IMG/VR virus record: IMGVR_UViG_3300025306_000003
Location: 569 to 64,568 of that record
Source: a virus
Lineage: Duplodnaviria; Caudoviricetes
Strand: one strand, 5' to 3'
Length of the DNA: 64,000 nucleotides
This document shows positions 8,563 to 17,533 of this stretch, one piece after another. The notes below the pieces were generated by a model, which did no database searches, had not been told where the DNA came from, and saw only the letters and a list, made by a program, of their open reading frames with translations. The stretch's first letter is position 1, and each line of letters starts with the position of its first letter. Made by a program: the position numbers and the translations under genes.

Positions 8563-9009
8563 TTAGCGCAGAGCCTCCATCATGTCTCGCAGCTTCAATG
8601 CTTCCTTGCGCATTGTGATTGCACCGTGGAACCACTTTCTCCGTTCCTTACTGATCGTTTTCCATCCTCTTACCAGATAGGCACGCGCCTTGCCTTCGAA
8701 CATACCGATCTGCGTGTTTGATTTCACCCAGGTTTGTTTGGATTTCTCAGAGAGGCCGATCATGCTCTTGTACTCAAAAGCTCTCGGTGTGTACACGTCC
8801 TTGTACGTTTGGATCTGACCAATCAGGTACTGCTCACGCTGCGGCGCTTTGAGCTTCGCGTACTGCTCTTTCGTGAGTTCGTCTTTCCTGGTGAAAGGTC
8901 TAACCGTGTAGCGCCTTCCCTTCGTAGAAGTCCTCGTGTGCGCTTTGACAGCTTCAAGTCTTTCGCAGATGGCTGCGTAGACTTCCCGTGCTGTGAAGAT
9001 GAGTCCCAT
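8563..9009 (-). CDS. Basic hypothetical protein with the shared LEA-VK-x-H-x-R leader
   Basis: Start at MGLIF after an AGGAG RBS; N-terminus AICERLEAVKAHTRTSTKGRRYTVRPFTR. Confidence 0.65.
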   Translation of the reverse strand: MGLIFTAREVYAAICERLEAVKAHTRTSTKGRRYTVRPFTRKDELTKEQYAKLKAPQREQYLIGQIQTYKDVYTPRAFEYKSMIGLSEKSKQTWVKSNTQIGMFEGKARAYLVRGWKTISKERRKWFHGAITMRKEALKLRDMMEALR

Positions 9010-9154
9010 TTGCGTAGCTCCTGTTTGAGTCTGCTGCTCATTGACCGCTCTGCGGCGTCGTTCCAATCAAGCTGATTCATATCATCCCGAGTTTGCTTTG
9101 GCAGGAGTCTCACCAACGTCACGTTCTCCTGCCAAAGATTATTGACCGGAACAG

Positions 9155-9304
9155 CTAGGCCGGTTTGATCAAGTTCGCCTGGATCTGAATTACAACAGCA
9201 GTGTCGTTGGACTCAATCTGATCTCTGATCGCCTCCTTCAGATCCTTCAGCTTCATGTCAGTCTCAACTTCAATCATGACGGAAACCTTCTTTTGCTTCG
9301 CCAT
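9155..9304 (-). CDS. 49-aa hypothetical protein MAKQKKVSVMIEVETDMKLKDL...
   Basis: Manual translation; strong GGAGGTG RBS. Confidence 0.6.
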   Translation of the reverse strand: MAKQKKVSVMIEVETDMKLKDLKEAIRDQIESNDTAVVIQIQANLIKPA

Positions 9305-9396
9305 TTCGCTTTCACCTCCCTCCTTCTTTAATGAATTTGCTCACAATCACTGCGATCCCGAAGATCAGGAACGCAATCGAAAACCACATGCACACA

Positions 9397-9798
9397 TCAA
9401 GAAATATCGCCATTTTCTTTGCCCCTTTCTCTGACAAGTCTTATCGTACGCGTTCTCCTGCACGGGCGTACCGTTTTCTTTAACAGTCTCTCTTCTTTCA
9501 AAATTGCTTCTGGTACACACATTTTCTTTTCCATGTTGTGCAGTACCGAGTCTGGGATCTCCTGTGCCACAAAATCGTAGCTCAATGCCGCACCTTCAAC
9601 ACGAAATTCTCTAGGCTTGATCGCTTGAACAACAGTTCTATCTTCCCCCGGCTTTGCAACGTCGTATGAGCCCAAAATTTCCTGCCTGAAATGATCCCGC
9701 ATTCTCTCTCTATGCTGCGCCTCATACTCTTTGGAGATAACCTTAATGAAAGTCTGATTCCCCCAGGCTGGGAATGAAATCTCCTTTTCATTGCTCAT
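9397..9798 (-). CDS. Hypothetical protein
   Basis: ORF track; operon position. Confidence 0.5.
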   Translation of the reverse strand: MSNEKEISFPAWGNQTFIKVISKEYEAQHRERMRDHFRQEILGSYDVAKPGEDRTVVQAIKPREFRVEGAALSYDFVAQEIPDSVLHNMEKKMCVPEAILKEERLLKKTVRPCRRTRTIRLVRERGKENGDIS

Positions 9799-9924
9799 GA
9801 CGCTTTCGCCTCTGCCAGATTTCTTTCAATCTGCTTCTTGAACTCAGGGGAGAGATTCTGTCTGGAGAGTAATTTTGTCCACTTGCTGATCCTGGCTTCT
9901 TTTGCCTCAGCCTTGGTTTGCATA

Positions 9925-10188
9925 TCAATTCACCTTTCTCAGTAAACTGCTGGATGCTTCGATGATGCGCTTCTCTTCTTTCTTTGGAGCAAGTACCGAC
10001 CAGCCCAGATCCGCCTTCATGATTACCGGCACATGGAGTGCTCCACATTTCCTGCACACCCTCTCGTCGATTGAATACGTCGGCACCAATGTCAACTGCG
10101 TTATAAACTCATTGGTGATACTCACTGACTGTGGCTGATGCAGACTCATGTCTGCTGAGCATTGCAGGCATTTGAACACGTCTCTCAC
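9925..10188 (-). CDS. Zinc-ribbon protein
   Basis: CLQC...CRKC; GTGA overlap with the terS stop. Confidence 0.6.
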   Translation of the reverse strand: MRDVFKCLQCSADMSLHQPQSVSITNEFITQLTLVPTYSIDERVCRKCGALHVPVIMKADLGWSVLAPKKEEKRIIEASSSLLRKVN

Positions 10189-10871
10189 GATACTTTCTCC
10201 TCCGGTTGATGCCGCGTGGCTATAGCTTCCAACTCGGCCAATTCACTATCTGAAAGTAAACTCATAGGGTCTTGAGCAATGGTCTGAGTATTCGGGTTAT
10301 TCACTCTAGCCCGCAATGCATCCATTGAAATAATCAGCCCCCACTGGGTAAGCTGTGAGGCCATGTCCATTACCACGCGCCACGACAATCCAAGATTCCC
10401 CGCACGCTTTGCGACCGCGATGTGATACTCGGCCTGGGAGAAGAACCAGCCCACGAATTTCTCTGGATTGAACTCAGCTACGATCTTTGCGATCTCGCCC
10501 AGAATCTTCTGTTTGTCTTTGAAGATCATGACCGATGAGACGCCGAACAAATCGGCAATCTCAATGTCACGCATTCCTTGGTGGAGTAATTCTGCAACGC
10601 AGCCTAATCTTTGTGTGCGAGTCAGGAGTTTTGCATCGACAGCACCTGATTTGATGTCCCGCAAAAGCGCCAGTGCATTTTTGGATACTTTCATCGGCTT
10701 TTCTTCGACTTCACCGACAGAAACGCCTGATTTCCGCTTCATCAGCTTCAATCCCGAGACGTATTTCTTGCGGCTTTCTTCCGAGAACGTCCTGCCGTTC
10801 TTATCGCCAGTAGTCCCCAGTCTTTCAAAGTGGCTTTGTGGGCCATCCTCATCAAACTTTTCGTCGTCCAT
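10185..10871 (-). CDS. terS: Probable terminase small subunit (HTH)
   Basis: HTH GMRDIEIADLFGVSSVMIFKD and C-terminal LSDSELAEL motif; first gene after a terminator/promoter upstream of terL. Confidence 0.65.
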   Translation of the reverse strand: MDDEKFDEDGPQSHFERLGTTGDKNGRTFSEESRKKYVSGLKLMKRKSGVSVGEVEEKPMKVSKNALALLRDIKSGAVDAKLLTRTQRLGCVAELLHQGMRDIEIADLFGVSSVMIFKDKQKILGEIAKIVAEFNPEKFVGWFFSQAEYHIAVAKRAGNLGLSWRVVMDMASQLTQWGLIISMDALRARVNNPNTQTIAQDPMSLLSDSELAELEAIATRHQPEEKVS

Positions 10872-10939
10872 TGCCCCATTTCCCTGTATATGTTAACCAA
10901 CTTCCAAATTATCATCTTTTTACTACTCTAATTACAACA

Positions 10940-10975
10940 AAAAAGGACCATAAACCTTTCGGCCATGATCCTTTT
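10940..10975 (-). terminator. Probable intrinsic terminator after the basic-peptide gene
   Basis: Imperfect stem AAAAGGA...TCCTTTT followed by a T run on the minus strand. Confidence 0.5.
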
Positions 10976-10998
10976 AAGCCCTCGTATTGACGGGATTG

Positions 10999-11208
10999 TT
11001 ACCGAACTTTCCGTACAGTTTTGGTGCGCTTCACCGGACGAACGGTTTTCTGTCGAGCCGCCCTATTCTTCGCAGCCCTTGCGTTCTGCATCCTGACATT
11101 CTTCTGCGCAGACTTGCTCAATCTGAGCTTCGAAGTCGGCACGAACGTGTAACCTTTCGGCGTGCCTCGTGCTCCACGTGCCCCCGCATTTGCTCCGCCT
11201 CCGCTCAT
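10999..11208 (-). CDS. Small Gly-leader, Arg/Lys-rich peptide (69 aa)
   Basis: MSGGGANAGARGARG...RKVR; no Asp/Glu; GGAGGTG RBS; ATGA overlap with the aminotransferase stop. Confidence 0.75.
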   Translation of the reverse strand: MSGGGANAGARGARGTPKGYTFVPTSKLRLSKSAQKNVRMQNARAAKNRAARQKTVRPVKRTKTVRKVR

Positions 11209-12407
11209 AATCTCACCTCCTTTACAGTAGACTCGAAGACCTCTGCAATCTTCTGTACATCTTTGTCAGAAAGATTCAGCGGAGGAAAGAAGTAGACTAC
11301 GTTACCGCCTGTTCCCAGCAGCAATAACCCTTTGGCGAAGCATTTTTGCATTACACGCAACACAAGCGTGTGCAGCCCAGAACCTTCGGCCTTCACATTC
11401 AATTCAACCCCAAGCATGTGCCCGTCTCCACGCACATCCTTAATCACATTATGGTGTGCACGCCAAATCCCAACCAATGCCCTTTTCAGAGCGCGAGCAC
11501 TCGCAGCAAAGAGCTTTTGAAAACTTTCGCGTTGCAAGATCTCAATGGTCTTCAACGCGGCTGCACAACTCACGGGGTTTCCCCCAAATGTCGAAGAGTG
11601 CACTCCAGAATTCCAATTGGCGACCGCTTCATTATAAATCACAGCGCTCAGCGGCAACCCATTAGCAATCCCCTTGGCTACACAAATCATATCTGGCTCA
11701 ATCCCGTAGCGCTCAACCGCGAACATGGGGCCGCTTCTACAGAAGCCGGTCTGCACTTCATCCACGACCAACAAGATTCCATAAAACGTACACAACTCAC
11801 GTAACAACTTCATAAACTTGGAAGTCGCCTTAAGCACACCCCCGCTCCCGAGGATCGGCTCTACAAAGATTGCGGCAACCTCCCAAGGGTCCACCAAATG
11901 TCGGAACAAAGATCCTTCCAAATACATTTCGTCATTGTATGGAATACGAAATGCATTCGAGTCGAAACCCGTGTTGTAAAACGTGTAGCTACTCTGCAGT
12001 GTCAAAGCGCCCAAACTGTAACCGTGAAATCCACCGATACAACATACAAATTTCCTGCGCCCCGTAGAAAGGGTCGCCATCTTCATAGCAGACTCTATGG
12101 CCTCGGCACCCGAACACGCAAAGAAAACCTCCTTACGGGACTTCCCAGGCGCAATCGCAGCAAGCTTCTCCGCAAGTTCAACAGGTGTCTCAGACAGAAA
12201 CTCCCCTGCAGGCATCGCGGGCAAGCGTTTCATTTGAGTGATTGCGGCGTCTACAATCTCGGAGTGCGCATGCCCCAAAGGCACAGTCATCATCCCACTG
12301 GTCGCATCCAAGTAAGTGTTCCCACGCGTGTCTGTCACGTAAGCACCATACGCACACGCCACAATCAAATCAGGAAACAGATGATAAGACAACCTACTGT
12401 TGTGCAT
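11205..12407 (-). CDS. Class III PLP-dependent aminotransferase (ArgD/GabT family)
   Basis: SGAEA, FHG, EPILGSGG, DEVQTG, AKG (PLP lysine), STFGGN. Confidence 0.92.
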   Translation of the reverse strand: MHNSRLSYHLFPDLIVACAYGAYVTDTRGNTYLDATSGMMTVPLGHAHSEIVDAAITQMKRLPAMPAGEFLSETPVELAEKLAAIAPGKSRKEVFFACSGAEAIESAMKMATLSTGRRKFVCCIGGFHGYSLGALTLQSSYTFYNTGFDSNAFRIPYNDEMYLEGSLFRHLVDPWEVAAIFVEPILGSGGVLKATSKFMKLLRELCTFYGILLVVDEVQTGFCRSGPMFAVERYGIEPDMICVAKGIANGLPLSAVIYNEAVANWNSGVHSSTFGGNPVSCAAALKTIEILQRESFQKLFAASARALKRALVGIWRAHHNVIKDVRGDGHMLGVELNVKAEGSGLHTLVLRVMQKCFAKGLLLLGTGGNVVYFFPPLNLSDKDVQKIAEVFESTVKEVRL

Positions 12408-13734
12408 CTTTTTTAGACTTCTTCCTAACGATACCGTCTTTTGCTTTCTTAGGAGCCTTCACCATCGCATTCTTCTTGCGCATACTGATAATACTTGGAA
12501 GCCATTGATACACCGGCCCGTGCGGGATCCCCGCAATGATTTCTTCCTTATGCTGCTCCCCACTGTACATGAGCACAACTTCTGGCTTCACAACCCTCAC
12601 CATCTGAGCAAAGCCTTTGAAGAAGTACTCGGTTGAAATGCCCCCCGCGTCGTGCCTGGGGGAAAACGCCTGACATTGCATGCTTACCACAGGCGCATGC
12701 TGTGGGATTCCCAAAAAACTAAACTCAAAGCTCGCGTCGTCGGTCCAATTCATATCAGGGATGATCTTGATACCAGCTTCCTGCCAGTAACGCGCAACCC
12801 AACGGGATCTATAGATCTCATACATCTGCAACACACGGGGTGCATCCAACCACATCGAGAAGTTCGGGGATATAATCGACCCCCAACCTTGCTCTAGCAA
12901 CATTTGCGTGGTTCCCGCCACATCGCTCCAAACACCTGCAAAGCGATCATCCCAAGAGTAATATCCGAGCACGGCACCCTGAACGATTTCAATCTGCCTC
13001 TGCGGCGGGAGCCATGCAGTCAGAAACAAAGTCTTCTCGGGCGTGAACTCAGGCTGTCTCCAGTAAACTTCCGTAGGCACCTGATCGGAAAGCATATCCA
13101 ATCTCAAATCAGGAATGCCCCACTTATTTGAGGACGGCAGAATAACTTCATCATTATTCACCAATGCCACAACAGATGTTGCTTCCTGTGCAACGTCCCT
13201 CTCACGGTCAGTCGGTTCCGATGACTCGGGAATATCCGGCATGATGTTCTCTTTGGGAAACATCTTGTCGAGATCCAACGTGAAATCGGGAATCTCAATC
13301 ATGCTGGCAAAGTTCGGGAGATCGAGATCGGCGGCAAAGTTCCTCAGACCATCTTCGGTGATCCTCCCGTACCTGCTCGATATCAACAGGATTTTCTGCT
13401 TTGCTTCCTTCATGTCTTTCGCTTCCACCCAAACCACCGGCAGAGGCGGAATCTTCCAACCCTCTTTTGCCATCTGCTTCAAGACTGAATCGCGCTGATG
13501 ACCATCGAGGATGTACGTGATCTTCTTGAATTTCCACGCCAAGAACGGAAACGAAACGCCATGCTGAATCAGAGATGCACGAATCTTGTCTGCATCTTTT
13601 TGAGACAAAGATTTCAAATCGCCCTGCAACGGAACCAAGGATTCAATCGCCACTGTATCAGCAGCCTTACACGTAACTTTCAGTTCAGACATCTTTGTAT
13701 GGACACGTCGCGTCTTTGCAACGGCCTCCTTCAA
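12394..13734 (-). CDS. ParB/Srx-like N-terminal domain fused to a DUF4417-like domain
   Basis: N-term: IRASLIQHG...P...ILDGHQR. C-term: DDRF...SPNFSMWLDAP...IYRSRW...WQEAGIKIIP..W......F.GIP, the DUF4417 pattern as recalled. Confidence 0.8.
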   Translation of the reverse strand: MKEAVAKTRRVHTKMSELKVTCKAADTVAIESLVPLQGDLKSLSQKDADKIRASLIQHGVSFPFLAWKFKKITYILDGHQRDSVLKQMAKEGWKIPPLPVVWVEAKDMKEAKQKILLISSRYGRITEDGLRNFAADLDLPNFASMIEIPDFTLDLDKMFPKENIMPDIPESSEPTDRERDVAQEATSVVALVNNDEVILPSSNKWGIPDLRLDMLSDQVPTEVYWRQPEFTPEKTLFLTAWLPPQRQIEIVQGAVLGYYSWDDRFAGVWSDVAGTTQMLLEQGWGSIISPNFSMWLDAPRVLQMYEIYRSRWVARYWQEAGIKIIPDMNWTDDASFEFSFLGIPQHAPVVSMQCQAFSPRHDAGGISTEYFFKGFAQMVRVVKPEVVLMYSGEQHKEEIIAGIPHGPVYQWLPSIISMRKKNAMVKAPKKAKDGIVRKKSKKDAQQ

Positions 13735-14019
13735 GATGAGTGTGAATGAATTTGTCGGGAGCGCACCTAACCACCACTTTGCAATATCTTATAAGAGCCG
13801 CTCTGTGACTGCGTTGCATCGCTCCTCCGCAAAAAGACACGAAACGCCGATTGAGTGCCGACAGGTAACGAACGATCCCATCGGCACCCTTTCTACGGAA
13901 AATCCGCGCTACAAACTGTATCTCATCATATAAACCCCATCGATCAGAAGTTGACATCGACAACCTCAACAAGTACCAGTCTTTACGTGTCAAACAGTGA
14001 AAGCAAGAACTATTTTGCC

Positions 14020-14442
14020 CTATTCCCCATTCCAAACTCCCGCATCAAGCAATCGCTCAATAAGCTTGACCGCATCAACACCCCAGAACTTGAACAGAGT
14101 ATCCCGCGTGCTCACGCCTGGATCCGGCTTCACAACCTCTTCGTCGAATTTGATAACGTCGAAACCTATCGCCAATCCCTTAATGGATCTCACGTCGAAG
14201 AACTCAGCCAGATCCCTCTCGAAGTGCGCATTGAATGCCCCATGCGTTTCATGAAAGCATTTTTTCAACTCTCGAATGGAAAACATCACTTGCCCCCTTT
14301 GCCTACAAGCGCCAACGTGGATTTCGCACGGCGTGAGCGTTTGAGCTTCACGTGCTCGACAACCGCAAAGTCTTTCTGTACTGCAGAGCCTCCAAATTGC
14401 AACGCCACAGATAGCAACTGAGGACTTGCGCAGTAAGGACAA
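14020..14442 (-). CDS. Hypothetical protein (probable start at MFSIR, ~14286)
   Basis: ORF track; operon position. Confidence 0.5.
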   Translation of the reverse strand: MSLLRKSSVAICGVAIWRLCSTERLCGCRAREAQTLTPCEIHVGACRQRGQVMFSIRELKKCFHETHGAFNAHFERDLAEFFDVRSIKGLAIGFDVIKFDEEVVKPDPGVSTRDTLFKFWGVDAVKLIERLLDAGVWNGE

Positions 14443-14564
14443 ATCTCAGTTTGACTAAAACTGTAAATCGTTTCGCAATTCAAGCACAACACAGCTTCTC
14501 CCAACGGGATCCCCTGTACTACACGCTTGGGAGGTTCACCCAACCATAATATTGGCATATTCAA
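14286..14564 (-). CDS. Zinc-ribbon protein
   Basis: CLNC...CPYC; AAGGA RBS. Confidence 0.6.
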   Translation of the reverse strand: MNMPILWLGEPPKRVVQGIPLGEAVLCLNCETIYSFSQTEICPYCASPQLLSVALQFGGSAVQKDFAVVEHVKLKRSRRAKSTLALVGKGGK

Positions 14565-14759
14565 TCCTTTCTTTTAGGATGGACCCTGCAGAGGCTCGGG
14601 TGTGTACGCACCCAACATCTGGCGATGCGCCCCTGCAGAGATAAATTGCTTCTACACAACTTTCAAATTACGTTTTTCCAATTCGGGGATTGTACGGATT
14701 TTCTTGCTCGTCGGTGGCGACGACTGGAATGTCCACGTCAAATTCAACATGTACTCGTT

Positions 14760-15095
14760 TCATTTCCCCACCTTCCTTGCTCGTTCGAGCCAGTCGCTAG
14801 CTTCCCCCAAACCATATATCTGATTAAAAAATCTGCATCGTTCCTCGTCGAGGATAATAGATGGTATTGCTTTCTTCACCAACTCCTTTAATTGTACATA
14901 CTCGGGCTCTCCATCTTTAACAGCCTGCTTGTATCCTGCGTAGTACCCATGCTTAAAATCATCACTCAATCGAGTGTCGTCGGATACAGACCAAACTATA
15001 GTTCCGCACGAATCATGATGTTCCTGAAATGTAACTTGGTGGCCGTCAACCTCATGTTTGCAGTTTGGACACCACCAAATATTTCCATTACTCAT
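14760..15095 (-). CDS. Modular small protein (Zn-finger N-term, W-x-ERA C-term)
   Basis: CPNC...HDSC; ends LKELVKKA...WLERARKVGK. Confidence 0.65.
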   Translation of the reverse strand: MSNGNIWWCPNCKHEVDGHQVTFQEHHDSCGTIVWSVSDDTRLSDDFKHGYYAGYKQAVKDGEPEYVQLKELVKKAIPSIILDEERCRFFNQIYGLGEASDWLERARKVGK

Positions 15096-15382
15096 TTCTC
15101 CACCATCTTTCTTGCGCGTTCACACCATATAGGGTTATCCAACGAATCAACTATACTTAAAGCATCTAACACCAGCTCCCGCAGGGTGGCGTTCTCGATT
15201 TTCAACAGTTCAACGGTCTGTGCGTAACTACCACGCTGGTCAATCTCGTCCTTGAGCTTGGCGTTCTCGGCTTCGAGTTCTGGGTATAAACATTCCAAAC
15301 ATTTGTCATCTTCGCTACAGTTGTCCTTATCACAAACAAAGTACCCACCACATTTTGGACAGTCATGGCAATGATCACTCAT
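15092..15382 (-). CDS. Modular small protein (Cys-rich N-term, coiled coil, W-x-ERA C-term)
   Basis: CPKC..C..C..CLEC, LEAENAKLK, WCERARKMVEK. Confidence 0.65.
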   Translation of the reverse strand: MSDHCHDCPKCGGYFVCDKDNCSEDDKCLECLYPELEAENAKLKDEIDQRGSYAQTVELLKIENATLRELVLDALSIVDSLDNPIWCERARKMVEK

Positions 15383-15392
15383 CCCTGCCTCC

Positions 15393-15599
15393 TTATAATT
15401 TCAGCCACCAACATATTGTTTGCTTGTCATAATCAGTTTTTATCGCACCTACCCAGTCGTACTTATTTGTTTCAGCGCCATCTTCGTAGACTTTACCATT
15501 GAGCACCCAAATACTGATCCACTTTGACGGGCGCTTGAACACGGAAAACGGTGCCGCTATAACTGCAAATAGAGATCCGAAAAATGTTCTACGTTTCAT
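15393..15599 (-). CDS. Small protein with a Tat-like N-terminus
   Basis: MKRRTFFGSLFAVIAA (twin-arginine-like). Confidence 0.55.
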   Translation of the reverse strand: MKRRTFFGSLFAVIAAPFSVFKRPSKWISIWVLNGKVYEDGAETNKYDWVGAIKTDYDKQTICWWLKL

Positions 15600-16111
15600 T
15601 TTCCTACCTCTTTCTTAGCCCGTTCAATCCATCCTGTGCAATCCACCGAATAGACCGTGTTGGGCCATTTCATTGCTTCTTGAACTAAAACTTTCAGTAC
15701 ATCGTTCTTGGATTTTAACGTTTCATATGCACACACTAAGCACCAGGAATATCTGGTGATGCCTTCTTTGTGAAGCTCACAAATAGGCAATGACAACTTC
15801 CATTTCTGAAGATCGCTTAATAATTCTATCCATTGATCGCAATCATCCCCCCATCTATCCGACGATTTATGATCTAAATCATGTAGGTATTCCAACCGAT
15901 CTTTGTCCTTGGCCATAATAATGTTATCAGATTTAAGTTTAATGTTCTCGGCTTCAAGTTTAGTGAATCTCCTATCCGTTTCACAGCAGTCACGGCAAAC
16001 AGTATAGTCACCAAAAGCAGCAACACTCCGACCGCAGTACTTGCATTTCGCTGGATAATCGTGTTTCTGGTTTCCAAATACGTTACACTTACTGCCTAAT
16101 GGATCACTCAT
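15596..16111 (-). CDS. Modular small protein (Zn-finger, coiled coil, W-x-ERA C-term)
   Basis: CKYC...CRDC, LEAENIKLK, WIERAKKEVGK. Confidence 0.65.
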   Translation of the reverse strand: MSDPLGSKCNVFGNQKHDYPAKCKYCGRSVAAFGDYTVCRDCCETDRRFTKLEAENIKLKSDNIIMAKDKDRLEYLHDLDHKSSDRWGDDCDQWIELLSDLQKWKLSLPICELHKEGITRYSWCLVCAYETLKSKNDVLKVLVQEAMKWPNTVYSVDCTGWIERAKKEVGK

Positions 16112-16506
16112 TCCCCGCCTCCTGCTGCATCATTACTGGGCTCTTGGATTGGACCGGCCCACGTGTCGTTGCAAGAATCAATCTGGACACCGATCACAAT
16201 GTAGTTGTTCCACCCGGACTTGCTCTTCATCCAATAATACGCTTCTGTGTCTGGGACTGCCCCTGTCTGCCACGTCAACTCGCTTGCAGCAAGATCGTAT
16301 TCCAGCTTGCCTATGATCTCGTTGGCGTGGTCGAAGGCTAGACGTTCATCGGAGAGTTGGATTTTCAGCCGCTCAATCTCTTTATTCCCCTCTTCCCAAT
16401 TGAGGAGGGCGGTTTCGCGTTCCAATTTGAGCTTGGCGTTCTCGGCTTCGAGTTTGGTGATGTGCTCATCCCTCACCAATATCTCATTGATATAATTGTC
16501 ACTCAT
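16108..16506 (-). CDS. Modular coiled-coil protein
   Basis: LEAENAKLK module; ATGA overlap. Confidence 0.6.
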   Translation of the reverse strand: MSDNYINEILVRDEHITKLEAENAKLKLERETALLNWEEGNKEIERLKIQLSDERLAFDHANEIIGKLEYDLAASELTWQTGAVPDTEAYYWMKSKSGWNNYIVIGVQIDSCNDTWAGPIQEPSNDAAGGGE

Positions 16507-16795
16507 CCCCGCACTCCTTGGTTTTGCATCGGTCGCATTTCTTGAAAGCGTTATGGTAGACCATATACCCAGTATTGTCGCTCATATTGCCGGGACTGTA
16601 AGTATTAACAAATTCTGGTGGAGCAACCTCCACACATTCAACTCTACTTAAAAAGTATACACATAGATGACCATGCCGAAGAATGCATGAACCACAGTAT
16701 TTCCCTTTTGGAATAGTTAAGGTCACTTGTAATTCACTCATCACCGCCTCCTTCCCGTAGTGCCTTGGTTGCAGCATGGAATCTAATCGCGCCAA
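16499..16795 (-). CDS. Cys-rich hypothetical protein (probable start at MSELQ, ~16741)
   Basis: CGSC...C...CDRC. Confidence 0.5.
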   Translation of the reverse strand: MARLDSMLQPRHYGKEAVMSELQVTLTIPKGKYCGSCILRHGHLCVYFLSRVECVEVAPPEFVNTYSPGNMSDNTGYMVYHNAFKKCDRCKTKECGDE

Positions 16796-17099
16796 GTTCC
16801 ATGAGTCTAAATTTCGCTTGCAATGTTTCTACACCACCGATATCAGTGAAAATAAAGAGTACTTCCAGTAGGTCCTTTAGCGCGGCGGCGTAGCGGTCGC
16901 GCTCCAGCTTCGCTTCTCCAGCCACCTTGGTCATGTTTGACAGCAGGTTTATATATTCATCCCGCTCCTTCTGGCACTCGGCAAGTTGCTTTTCGAGTTC
17001 CAGAATTCTTGCCTGTTCAAGAGAGTAACTTGACAGCCCGCACATGCAGATAGTGCGGTTCCCATGGTACACATGCACAAACTCATTGCAGTAGGTCAT
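16734..17099 (-). CDS. Coiled-coil hypothetical protein
   Basis: ARILELEKQLAE...ERD repeats. Confidence 0.55.
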   Translation of the reverse strand: MTYCNEFVHVYHGNRTICMCGLSSYSLEQARILELEKQLAECQKERDEYINLLSNMTKVAGEAKLERDRYAAALKDLLEVLFIFTDIGGVETLQAKFRLMELGAIRFHAATKALREGGGDE

Positions 17100-17533
17100 A
17101 CGTGCTCCTCCACAAAATCTTCAATGAGAATACCGTTCTGTACACACCATGCCGACAACAACTCTTTGAAAAATTCGTCGGAAACCGTAACGAATTGTCG
17201 CTTATCGAACTTCAAATGCTGAATCAAAACCAAGCGATCATCTTTTCGTGTGAAGTACTTCTTCTCAGTCTTTTTGAAGATCGAAGCCGTTTCACACTTT
17301 GCACGCTTTTTTACTTCTACATACAAAGCAGGAAAAGACAAACCGTCTGGCGAAACCAATTTGTCCTTGATCACACGCGGAGGATTCGTATCTAACGTAT
17401 GTTCGGGGCCAAAACCCGTCACGTCATCCGCGACGGTTGCGTATGAACCTAAACCGACTCGCGTTCTCCTCCGACCTCCTGGAAACAAACGCGCCGCTTT
17501 TCTTTCGCTGTCTTTCCACCCGCTCTGATTCAT
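17096..17533 (-). CDS. PD-(D/E)xK nuclease, Holliday-junction-resolvase-like
   Basis: GWKDSERKAARLF.GGRR...DD...VEVKKR, an Hjc-like E...D...ExK pattern. Confidence 0.65.
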   Translation of the reverse strand: MNQSGWKDSERKAARLFPGGRRRTRVGLGSYATVADDVTGFGPEHTLDTNPPRVIKDKLVSPDGLSFPALYVEVKKRAKCETASIFKKTEKKYFTRKDDRLVLIQHLKFDKRQFVTVSDEFFKELLSAWCVQNGILIEDFVEEHV

